Shown: positions 54,056 to 64,000 of the stretch, one piece after another | Layout: every line of letters begins with the position of its first letter | Numbering within the stretch: the first letter of the stretch is position 1 | NCBI RefSeq assembly: GCF_003918875.1 | Contig: NW_025765237.1 | Span: forward strand, 248,001 to 312,000 | Length of the DNA stretch: 64,000 bases | DNA from: Haliotis rubra | Taxonomy: Eukaryota | Direction: 5' to 3' | Program-made: the position numbers and the translations under genes | The notes under the pieces: model-generated | What the model saw: only the letters and a program-made list of their open reading frames with translations | Told to the model about the DNA's origin: nothing | Databases searched by the model: none

Positions 54056-54163
54056 CTTGGCGGAGAAAGGTATCCCGTGCTCAAAAGCATCGTCGTTGTG
54101 AAGGGGGATCCGACTGTCGTAGCCGTCATCGGAGACTAAATCGTATTGTTTCTTCGATGGCAT
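54056..54163 (-). CDS. NOS1AP: First coding exon of a NOS1AP/CAPON-like PTB-domain adaptor gene ([36 protein letters not shown])
   Basis: ATG at 54163, then 36 codons, then a canonical phase-0 donor AAG|GTGAGT (54055 downward). The peptide closely resembles the vertebrate NOS1AP N-terminus as I recall it ([35 protein letters not shown]), and similarity stops exactly at the donor. Confidence 0.92.
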
Positions 54164-55000
54164 TGTATTGTAAACACAGTTTACTGTCAAAGAACGAACT
54201 GTCAAAAGACCCCCTCTGCCCCTGCGGCTCGTGTCTCGAGCTGGTGCTAGGACCAAACAGACACGTCACACAAGGAACCATCACACATTCTCACAGAAGT
54301 TGGAAGCAAATCTTCTTTTCCGTGCGAAACTTGAAACCGTGATAGCGAAATTTGAATTGCCACAACTTCTCGCGGCTACCCTCTCAAGTCGGCATGTTAT
54401 CCTGCGACCAGACAGACGGAATCTCCCCGCGCCACGAGCTGCTAGTCCCTCACGTGCAGGGAGCGCCGTGTTTCACGGCATGTGTAGCAGATCTTCTACT
54501 ACAGTAGCAGGCGGGGGAAGTCCAACACTTACTCACTTTGATCACGATAAAAACTTCTCACTCTCCACGAGGGCTGCCGATAGCTACCTTTCCACTCACT
54601 GCCGCTAGAACTAATCCTCGGCAACGAACCACGGAAATTACTCGTCAATCAAAGCCATTTCTAGTGCACGAGCGATCAATGATTGTAATTAACCCAGGAC
54701 CAGACACCCAGTCTGCACATAACATCGAAAGTTTGCAAATCTTCGTTCCACCACCATTCAAACACTTCCGTACCCCAGCAGTCACGTGATTTTCTAACCC
54801 CTGACCTCCATGACGGCGCGTGCACTTTCGCACCAAATAGACAACCTAGAGCTTTGATTGGTCTTCTCTGGCAGCGGGTGCCGACTTTGAAGACTTCCGC
54901 GGTTCCAGCTTGACAAGAGAGTACGTTTGACACTGAAACGCGCGCGGTGCGCTATGGTTTGATGTGTAGCCGGTTCGGCGAGCCGAGGACCAGTGAATAT
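54164..55000 (-). promoter_or_regulatory. CpG-rich 5'UTR/promoter region of the NOS1AP-like gene
   Basis: Repeat-free, CpG-dense sequence directly upstream of the ATG. E-boxes CACGTG at ~54451 and ~54783 (GTCACGTGAT) and a minus-strand CCAAT at ~54856. The transcription start was not determined. Confidence 0.6.
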
Positions 55001-55967
55001 TGAATATGTTCGCAGTGATTCAGTGCAGAGGGATGCTCCCATCAATAAGAGAGACCGACGACTTGCCGCAAGCCAACCCGACCCATGCCTTTTCAGCTAT
55101 TTCTGGAGCGAGACGATTTGCCTTCATTACTCACTTCTGTTGTATAAAGTCTTTGAATGCGACTAATCCCTTTACACCAAGTATATGTTATCAAGGGACT
55201 AACATACGTAATGACCGTATTCGCTACCAACCAGGTTATCATCCATAAGGGGCCATATAATCACCATAATGGCACATTTTAGAGTGATGTGCATGCATCG
55301 CGCAGTCGTCACAGACACCATTCCCGTGCTAATTACTGTGCACATAATCAACAGAAAATCACTAGAGGCAACATCGCGGTTGAATAGAACCGACACAGTG
55401 CAGTCTAACATCATAACGAGGTTCAGTCAATTCATACACTACAGAACGTAGCTATAGAAAGTGATGGATTAAACTGATGGCGTATTTTGTGTACTATGTT
55501 CACCTCCACACGGGATTCAAAATAAATGCAAAACAAATTCGATCTCATTGCCAGTAATGTACGGCCTTTCTTCCGTCCTGTTAGTGGCCAGCCTCCTGTC
55601 GGCCTGACTGATACACTGATGCCAATGTGCGCTTCACGTCCACCACTACTGACAATGCATGGCGAAGTCAAGTCGGACCTGTGGTAGAATCTGAATAGCC
55701 TTCGATGTGTCGGCTAATATGCTATATTCACCATGTCATATAATCTGTCACTATAAAGTACATATCTATGAGACCTTGCCTCAAGGTGTCTTAGCTTCAA
55801 AAAATGTATTTATTGTAGATACGTTCTTCCCAGACAAGATATGGTGACGTTATCATACGGCTGACGTCCACGTTGTGCTGGTTGAAGCTGTCCTGATAAA
55901 GAATTTTCGGAACACATCTTGACCCCGAGTGCTCATGCCAGCTTGTAACTGGGAAATAGTAACTCAG

Positions 55968-56085
55968 GTTTGTTTATTTGTCTCTTAACGCCGCATTCAG
56001 CAATATTCCAGCTTTATGGCGGCGGTCAGTAAATAATCGAGTCTGGACTAGACAAACCAGTGATCAACAGCAGGAGCATAGATAT
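55968..56085 (-). mobile_element. 5'-truncated SINE-B
   Basis: CAGCAATATTCCAGC...AAATAATCGAGTCTGGAC...CCAGTGATCAACAGCA. Confidence 0.75.
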
Positions 56086-56293
56086 ACGTAAAATGTAAGT
56101 AACTTAGGTATGAGACAGTGAGCTGAATGCAGCCACGAGAAGTGTTACGTCACGGTGTGTGACGGTAGTCCAAGAAACGTCTACGAGAGTTACGGTTTTG
56201 GTGGAAACCCATGCACGGACATTGTGCTGATTGTCCGGGAATGAGACCTGCCTGGGATCCTTTGTCCTGAACTGTTTATTCTTTTAACTAAGA

Positions 56294-56411
56294 GCGAGCG
56301 AGCGAGTTTGGTTTTACGCGGGCTTCACACATTGTACCCATGTGGGGAATCGAACCCGGGTCTTAGGCGTGACGAGCCAACGCTTTACCCACTTGGCTAC
56401 CCCACCGCCCC
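56294..56411 (-). mobile_element. SINE-A with internal deletion
   Basis: Intact head and tail, lacking the ATTTCTGG...GCTAAAAG segment; TSD TTTTAACTAAGA on both sides. Confidence 0.85.
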
Positions 56412-56500
56412 TTTTAACTAAGAACAGCAGTTAACATGTTCATAAGCAGCATAATTGTCGTGAACATGATACACGGTGAGTACTGCACGTATATCAGGAT

Positions 56501-56640
56501 TGGGCGGTAGGGTAGCCTGATGGTTAAAGCGTTCTGTCGTCATAACGAGGGCCTGGGTTCGATTCCCAATATGGGTACGATGAGTGACATGATATTGTTG
56601 ACTTATTGCTTAAGTAGCGTAACACCATTTACACTCTCTT
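56501..56640 (+). mobile_element. Degenerate SINE-A
   Basis: GGGCGGTAGGGTAGCCTGATGGTTAAAGCG...GGTTCGATTCCC head with a decayed tail. Confidence 0.7.
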
Positions 56641-56714
56641 GGATGTCGATGGCCTCATTGATTATTGAACGTGATCACGAAATATAATTTGTAATCATAA
56701 TCTGTAATCTTCGA

Positions 56715-56875
56715 GGGCGGTTGGGTAGCCTAGTGGTTAAAGCGTTGGCTCGTCACGCCGAAGACCCGGGTTCGAATCCCCACATGGGTACAATGTGTGA
56801 AGCCCATTTCTGGTGTCCCCCATCGTGATGTTGCTGGAATATTGCTAAAAGCGGCGTAAAACCAAACTCAGTCAG
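56715..56875 (+). mobile_element. Young SINE-A
   Basis: A-box TAGCCTAGTGG, tRNA-Asp-like CGTCACGC loop, B-box GGTTCGAATCC, TSD TGTAATCTTCGA. Confidence 0.9.
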
Positions 56876-57549
56876 TGTAATCTTCGAACCCCACAATCAT
56901 GGGATTTTTTGTTTGGGGGGCGCGGGGGTGTTTGTTTTGTTTGTGTTTTGTTTTTGTTGGTATTTCTTGTTGTTGAGTTTAGTCCCTACAGTCCATACAG
57001 CGATATCTCAGATCAACAGGGTCCGGTGATTACAGGCCGAATGACCACCAGATAAACGGTCAGCTCTCAGTCTTGACAAACGGGTTGACTCCCGTCATAT
57101 GCAACAAGTCATTAACACATGGTTGTACAAGTTTAGCAATTCTCCAACCTGATTGGACAGACACTGCTGCAATAGCAATGCAAAATAACGTCATTTATTG
57201 TTTATGACGTCACAGGTTCATGACGCTATTTTCTTTATACTATGACGGAGCATGGTACAGTTAACAGTTACCCAAGCGAGAAACTATCCTGCCGATATGG
57301 GTTTCTATTTCTTATCCACGCTAAATTGAAATTGCTAAAGTAGTAAAAGAATAACGCTACGTAATCGACCTATCCAGCGAGCCCCAAATGGTTTAGCCGA
57401 TCCTGAACTTCGAAATTCCAAAGTGAAATAAGATTCGTAAGAACTATAGGCCTATATGGTAATATTTCATTTGATGGTGTCTGCAGTTAACATAGGACGC
57501 CCATACTCCCTGATGTTCACGTACGTCTTCAGGAAATCTATATGCTACA

Positions 57550-57711
57550 GGGGCAGTGGGGTAGCCTAGTGGTTAAAGCGTTGGCTCGTCACGCCTGAAG
57601 ACCAGGGTTCGAATCCCCACATGGGTACAATGTGTGAAGCCCATTTCTGGTGTCCCCGCCGTGATGTTGCTGGAATATTGTTAAAAGCGGCGTAAAACCA
57701 AACTCAGTCAG
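57550..57711 (+). mobile_element. Young SINE-A
   Basis: Full length; TSD TCTATATGCTACA (57537-49, 57712-24). Confidence 0.9.
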
Positions 57712-60124
57712 TCTATATGCTACATGACTAATTATATCGAGAGTACGAGAAATTGTGAGACTTTGTGATATTTAAGTCACTTGTGTCATTTTGCCATGTA
57801 CTGACATTCAGAAATAGTCAGACATTCGCCACTGAGACAGATCAGGGGGAATGGGTGTAACCTGCTAGTTAAAGCCGAAAGGCTCTCTCAACGTCAGGAT
57901 GACCTTGTGCAACGTCCCTCATGTAAAGAACGTTACATCACTCTTGCACTCAAAAACGCACACACATACACGCGCGCGCACAAACCACATACACACTGTT
58001 TTCTTCGTGTCCAGACTCACGCGAACACTAGTTACCTAGCGTCTCAACACAAGACGGATACCTATACACGCCCACGTGACTACGTCCCTCCCTTCTGATG
58101 GCTCTATGTGCTTTCCCTTTGATGTTCCCAATTGGATTTCTCGCCTGTAACCGATCCCTTCTAGTGCCATCCTTTGTGTGGCCACAGCTAATGTGTGTCG
58201 ACACATCGCACAGTTTCCATTATCGTTTTTTGTATTATTCATGTTGTCTGTGAAATCTTATTGAAACCAACAAAAGCTGTCGGTAAAACGATTTGACGCG
58301 TTGTACTCAATTTACTTTGTGAGAAAACATTCGATTATGGAAATAAGAATTACTGGAATAACTATTAATAATTTGACAGATCAAAAGCATCTATTAACGA
58401 CGTGTTAATGCATTTGGTTGAAAGGATGTTTTAAAACTGTGGAATAAATATCTCATCTATTAGGCTAGCTCGTTCACCGAGTTTGGTCGTTGTCGGCGAT
58501 GTTGCAACGGGTGATCAGATTCAAGAAATATGAAGAGTCTGACTCGCATTTACTGCTGTCATTGAAGAGGTATTTAATCATCCTCCGATTGACATCTGAC
58601 CGGGGGAAGGCTGTATCGACCTTCTACATGGAAGGAAGGTACAGACACTGGGATAAACCTTTAGGTCAACAGACTCAGCCGGTTTATCAATTCTGCACAC
58701 TCGTTTTCTATACACCGTATATTGATGGTCATGTGATCGACATTACTCACTCACTCACTCACTCGTGATACTGGCAACACGGTCCACGTGCATATTGTAT
58801 CACAATTCACCAATTGTGACAAATCGGTAAGAAATATATCTATGTTTCAGTATACACAATACATCACACTGTACACATAAAGAGTATTATATGCAATATA
58901 GATTATGATACCATCCCCCATTGTTTGATTCTTTAACCGAGATTAAAAAAGAATCCAAACAGTGTATCATTTACTTATATTCTGCCATGACTTGCCCTCG
59001 GGTTTCCAAGGCAAATTGTTATTGTGATTAAACTAATTATAGACTGCCAACTAGTTTCGTTCATGTGCACCCATGCGAGTTTTTCGACTTGACTGGGTTT
59101 ACCTGTTTCCAGCGACATATACATGTACTCGTACCTATTTAGCCATGGCGTTCTAAAGTTAACAGTGCTTGATGTGAAACTTGGATGTAAATTTAAAAAG
59201 TCCACCCTTACTTATGAAGTTTAGAGTGTCGTCACATGAATATCTAGCCGCGAAGACCCATGGAGCTGCTACCGGTCTAGTCCCTGTTATTGATTGGTGC
59301 ATTTTTTGTACAGCTTCACTTCAATTAGGGCTTTTATGTAAGATTTTCCCCCTCCGTGGGTGTATAGAACCATCTTTATGCTCTGTGAAATGTCGATAAA
59401 TCACCGCGAAGAGTTGAACGATTTCTATATAAGCCAGAAAAGTTACCAATCTGTTACAGTCCATGAGCTATACAAATATGACGAAAACTGAATATGTTCT
59501 TAAACATCATGTCCGCTGCAGATCTCTTCCCCGTGCCCCCAAGCTGGCTTCAGGAGGAAACTCATTGCAGGACCATTTACATTTTTTTTTAAATAAGCGA
59601 AATTGCTGTGGCATCATCAAAAATGGAAAGTCAACACTGCGTATTGAGCACCCGACTGTGTGAGCGAAGATAACACAGTTTATCAATTGACAGACTCGCG
59701 TGACGAGCACGCGCTCAGCCCAAGATCAATGTTCGCCAATTGTCGCTGTGATGCGGTTGCGTGAATAATGCTTTGTTTTCCTCCAAGACTGTGGAATTCG
59801 TCGCAAACTGTCTCTGGAAGCCACGCACAATCTACCTGCGATGCCCTTAAGTGCTGTATAACGAGATAGAATGTACCCCGATATATCACTTATAAGACGG
59901 AAAGACAGAAAGTCTCACATGTGACCTGCTATGGCAGACAATACCGCTTTTGACTGACCCAAACGGATGTATTTGAAAAGTACTGTTTTTGACATGGTGA
60001 CCTCATACACCTGACGTCAGACGTCTATTGTTCTTGTAACTAGGCAATCGACATATCTGCAAGACACAATTGAACATTCTCTTCGAAAACACTGCAGATC
60101 AACATTTTCAGTTTCAGTTTCATG

Positions 60125-60610
60125 TATAGTCTGTTTGCAGTGAAAACGTACCGATGAATTTCAATTTAAACAAAAAAGTAAATCGAATAAAGTGGAATTA
60201 TGATTGCGAATCCTCATTGTTTTACCTTGCCAACTGAACATTCAAATCTCAGAATTTTATTCAACTTAGGATAAAAGTTGTTTAACAAACGATCATGGTT
60301 TCAAACCGCTATTATTGGTCTGTATTACGAGGGAGTATGCAATTTAAATGAAACACCGAGAACAAGTAGAGTTGGTTTAAGTGAACGCTCATCACGAACC
60401 GCACGTGCATTTGTTTCGCTGTTCCATCTACTGCGCTCACCCCTTGTAATACAGACCAATGATAGCGAGTTCAATGTATGATCGTTTGTTAAACAACTTT
60501 TATCCTAAGATGAATTTCTGAGATTTATCCAGTAAGATAAAATAACGATTCGTAATATTAATTTCACTTTATTTGATTTACTTTTTGTTATGACATCGGT
60601 ATTTTCACTA
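60125..60610. mobile_element. Foldback MITE with ~150-bp degenerate inverted arms, terminus related to the 6457 element
   Basis: CTTAGGATAAAAGTTGTTTAACAAACGATCA is mirrored by TGATCGTTTGTTAAACAACTTTTATCCTAAG, with outer arms also matching. The left end TATAGTCTGTTTGCAGTGAAAACGTACCGATGAATT resembles the 6457 TIR. Confidence 0.75.
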
Positions 60611-60693
60611 ATATTAATTTCACTTTAACACAGAGCGAGTGACTGTCCTTTGTTTCACGTCGCAGAAAGTTCGATTTCAGTTATATCGAGGGC

Positions 60694-60824
60694 TCACGCC
60701 GAAGACCCGGGTTCGAATCTCCACATGGGTACAATGTGTGAAGCCCCTTTCTGGTTTCCCCCGCCGTGATGTTGCTGGAATATTGCTAAAAGCGGCGTAA
60801 AACCAAACTCAGTCAGTCAGTCAG
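60694..60824 (+). mobile_element. 5'-truncated SINE-A inserted in a decayed minus-strand SINE-B
   Basis: TSD TATATCGAGGGC (60682-93, 60825-36); (CAGT)n tail. Confidence 0.85.
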
Positions 60825-61187
60825 TATATCGAGGGCCTAGACCAGACAACCCGGTGGTGGATATCATGACAACGACCCACTACATGAAGTCTTACAACCC
60901 GCACTGGTTGCTAGGGACCATTTATAACCAGGAATACGAGGAAGGAACAAACAGGTCGTCACTCGTCAGGCATTAAATATCTTGCCATTACTAAGATAAA
61001 ATAATCTTCAGTTCAATCAAGACGCGGGAGCAGCACTGAGACCCTCTATGAGTGAGTGAGTGAGTGAGTGAATGAAGGAATGAGTGAGTGAGGGAGTGAG
61101 AGAGTTGGGTTTGACGCCGCGATGAACAGTATACCAGTTACAAAGTTGCTGTCATCTTCGTGTGGAGGAAAGCCCAAAGTGATGCAT

Positions 61188-61295
61188 GGTCCCGTCCCAT
61201 AAATCAGTCTTAGCGCTATGATAGTGGTAGACTTATCCTAAACTTGGGGATTACGAGCGCCTTAGCATTAAGATCGCTTTGTGAAACGGGGGGCA
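61188..61295. mobile_element. Degenerate single-unit relative of the 7358 MITE
   Basis: Shares CTTAGCGCTA[A/T]GA ... GGGA[G/T]TACG ... CCTTAGC..TAAGATCGCTTTGT with the 7358 element. Confidence 0.5.
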
Positions 61296-61316
61296 TGTCT
61301 TAAACTGTCTGGATTG

Positions 61317-61481
61317 NNNNNNNNNNNNNNNNNNNNNNNNNNNNNNNNNNNNNNNNNNNNNNNNNNNNNNNNNNNNNNNNNNNNNNNNNNNNNNNNNNNN
61401 NNNNNNNNNNNNNNNNNNNNNNNNNNNNNNNNNNNNNNNNNNNNNNNNNNNNNNNNNNNNNNNNNNNNNNNNNNNNNNNNN
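61317..61481. other. Assembly gap
   Basis: Run of N. Confidence 1.
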
Positions 61482-61554
61482 CCCTTGAAACTCAATACGA
61501 AAACATGAACATGCAGAGTACTTGAATCAACTCCGTGATGTCTGAACCACTGGA

Positions 61555-61723
61555 GGGGCGGTAGGGTAGCCTAGTGGTTAAAGCGTTCGCCCGTCACGCC
61601 GAATGCCCGGGTTCGATTCCCCACATGGGTACAATTTGTGAAGCCCATTTCTGGTGTCCCCGCCGTGATATTGCTGGAATATTGCTAAAAACGTCGTAAA
61701 ACCATACTCATTCAGTCAGTCAG
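61555..61723 (+). mobile_element. Young SINE-A inserted at the 5' end of a SINE-B
   Basis: TSD TGAACCACTG (61543-52, 61724-33). Confidence 0.9.
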
Positions 61724-61730
61724 TGAACCA

Positions 61731-61925
61731 CTGAAGATCCGGGTTAGAACTGGTCTTCAGCTTGCCGTAAGAGTCGACTAACGGGACCGGGTGGCCAGGC
61801 TCGCTGATTTGGTAGAACTTGCGTGGAACGATGCTCATACTATTGATCACTGGATTGTCTGGTCCAGCCTCAATTATTTACAGACCGCCGCCATACAGCT
61901 GGAATATTGCTGAGTGCGGCAATAC
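61731..61925 (+). mobile_element. SINE-B variant (same variant as 48413)
   Basis: Shares the diagnostic substitutions, the internal deletion and the 3' flank with the 48413 copy. Confidence 0.85.
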
Positions 61926-62074
61926 AACCGAGCAACCGTGATGTCAGGGTGCGGCTCACCTAAGGCAGTTGTGGGGTGGCTTCAACGCTTCTTTCACCTG
62001 GGCTCATGGTGTCCACCATTATGGAAAAATAACTCACGCATCTGCATGCTTTCCTAAACATTAATGTGACTAAC

Positions 62075-62793
62075 TTTATTTATTTTTTGATAATTGAAAT
62101 TTTTTATTTCCTGCTTCCCCTGTTACAGAAAAGGCCGTAGAGCCAGGGAACTCTAAGGTCCTTTGCAAGAAGGTTAATTGATCACAGGAAAAACAGGATT
62201 GTTTTCTAACAAAGCACAAAACAACAACACCAGACACCACAACACATTCACTCACCAATCACACTTACAAGCTTCAAATATTTACAGTAAGTTTAAGTTC
62301 AAGTCCATTCAGCCTATATTTTTCATTAGGGAACAAGAAGAAAGAATTCAGAAAATCATTTAAAATTTGCAAAATCATGATATAACATCCACTTTTTATA
62401 AAACTTATCTTGTTCACTTTTACTGAAGGATATATTCTTTTCAATAAAATACCTATCTTGTAAATAATGTCTAAAATGTTTAAAACTAAGAGTAGTTTTT
62501 AATACCTTACATTTATATATGAAGAATTTAGTTAACAACAATATTAAATCAAACACATCATCAGTATATACATTTGTTCTCATTCCAAACACAATAAGTT
62601 GCAGGTCCAATTTCATGTTGTGAACATGTTGACATTTATCATTCAATAATTCTAGAAAACATTTCCAAAAAGTTTGCACATGTTCACAATACCAAAACAA
62701 GTGGGAGATTGTTTCAACCTCACATTGACAAAAGGTACATAAGTTGCTTTCAGTTAATTTGATCTTAAATAGAAATGAATTAGTTGAGAGAAT
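62075..62793 (-). mobile_element. 5'-truncated L1/Tx1-type LINE (C-terminal zf-RVT/CCHC region plus 3'UTR)
   Basis: ORF 62793->62356 reads ILSTNSFLFKIKLTESNLCTFCQCEVETISHLFWYC...F.KKW, typical of the L1/Tx1 ORF2 C-terminus. The 3'UTR ends in an A-rich AAATAAATAAA tail at ~62075. Confidence 0.85.
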
Positions 62794-63519
62794 GCCTGCG
62801 TTACCAGCTTCGTCGTCATCATCAACACCCACGTCCACCGCACTACGTATATGTTGACGGTGTTGCTACCTTGTTTATAACAAACGAAAGACGACGGTTA
62901 CAGAAAGGGATTTCTTCCTTAATGATATCACGTGACAATGAATGGCTGAAACTCCGTAAACAGCCGGAGGCACCCGAACTACTTTAATGGCAGGTGATAT
63001 TTCAAATGTCGAATATTGCAATTTCAAAGCAGTCCAAATCCTTTTCCCAATATACTTCTTTGACGCTATCCTTCTTTCAAAAAATCTCGACAGATTTATC
63101 TGGTCCTTAATCATCAGATTGATTTCAACATAAAAATATCTAGCTATGTTTTTGTTGAATGTTTAATGTTTGTGTTGAAGTGGAAACGATAATTTCCAGT
63201 GCCAATGGCTCATCCATAATACTAGGCTGTGACAAGAAGCACTCAATTTATAATGGTGTAATTTCATGGGAGATCTGAGGTTCTCTTTGTACTGCGTGTG
63301 ACATCGATTGAGCATGTGTTTTAAATCACAACTGGAATTACACAAACTGATTAAAGATGACATAACCGCTCCCCCTCACCAGCTTGATCTCTCCGCCAGC
63401 AGGGTGATGAATCAGCAATATTTCACCTTCACGACACTGGCTGGTGATAGTCGAGTCTGGAGGAGATGCCCTGTTGACTGATATCGTGATCAACGATACA
63501 CGCTGTCCACCCGTCCACC

Positions 63520-63895
63520 CAGGCACACAGTCAGCGACAATGACCACCCAATACACCAGGTAAGCGACTCTGGCCACCCAATCCACCAGAAAATGACCAC
63601 CCACCAAGTCAGCGACAAAGTCTAGCCAATCCACTAACTCAGCGACCCGACCACCCAATCCACCCAGTCAGCGAGCCTTGTCACCCAATCCACGACCCTG
63701 ACCACCCAATCCACCCAGTCAGCGAGCCTTGTCACCCAATCCACCCATTCAGCGAGCCTTGTCACCCAATCCACCCAGTCAGCGACCCTGATCACCCAAT
63801 CCACTCAGTCAGCGAGCCTTGTCACCCAATCCACCCAGTTAGCGAGCCTTGTCACCCAATCCACCCAGTCAGCGAGCCTTGTCACCCAATCCACT
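63520..63895. repeat. 30-bp minisatellite derived from SINE-B (CCACCCAGTCAGCGAGCCTTGTCACCCAAT)
   Basis: The unit resembles minus-strand SINE-B CCAAGTCAGCGAGCCTGACCACCCGATCC. Confidence 0.85.
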
Positions 63896-64000
63896 GACGC
63901 CACTTACGAGCGCGTGGTACTAGGGCGCATCTGGAACCCTACGTGCAATAACTGATGAAAACTCCCACAGTCAAAATGGGATCTTAATTTATTTTATATA

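Noticed and set aside
53897-54256. 119-aa ORF as a complete protein
   Set aside because: Only 54163-54056 resembles NOS1AP; the listed start is non-ATG and the remainder reads into the intron.
56715-56790. tRNA-Asp-like genes
   Set aside because: These are SINE heads: multi-copy, with a constant body and tail, TSDs and an imperfect cloverleaf.

Overview
Eukaryotic genomic DNA from an invertebrate. The SINE families look molluscan, probably gastropod or abalone-like; this is inference. The only host coding sequence I can support is the first coding exon of a NOS1AP/CAPON-like gene on the minus strand (54163->54056, 36 codons, GT donor). Its CpG-rich promoter/5'UTR lies at about 54.2-55 kb. 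No downstream exon was recognised, so most or all of 1-54055 appears to be one very large first intron. That intron is CpG-poor and holds about 20 different minisatellite arrays, plus non-autonomous DNA transposons (Tc1/mariner-, hAT-, Harbinger-, Kolobok- and Helentron-like). Two SINE families share a 3' tail: family A has a tRNA-derived head; family B has no tRNA head and starts with a putative pseudoknotted RNA domain. The upstream ~9 kb retains CpG, has young SINEs with intact target-site duplications (TSDs), a 3' fragment of an L1/Tx1-type LINE, and almost no minisatellites. Nearly all ORFs in the supplied track are artefacts of tandem repeats. The most interesting leads are the structured 5' head of SINE-B (candidate ribozyme or structured RNA), a methylation footprint readable from the SINE copies, and several cases of minisatellites arising from, or split by, mobile elements. 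There are four assembly gaps. All analysis was by eye; copy numbers and diffuse boundaries are approximate.
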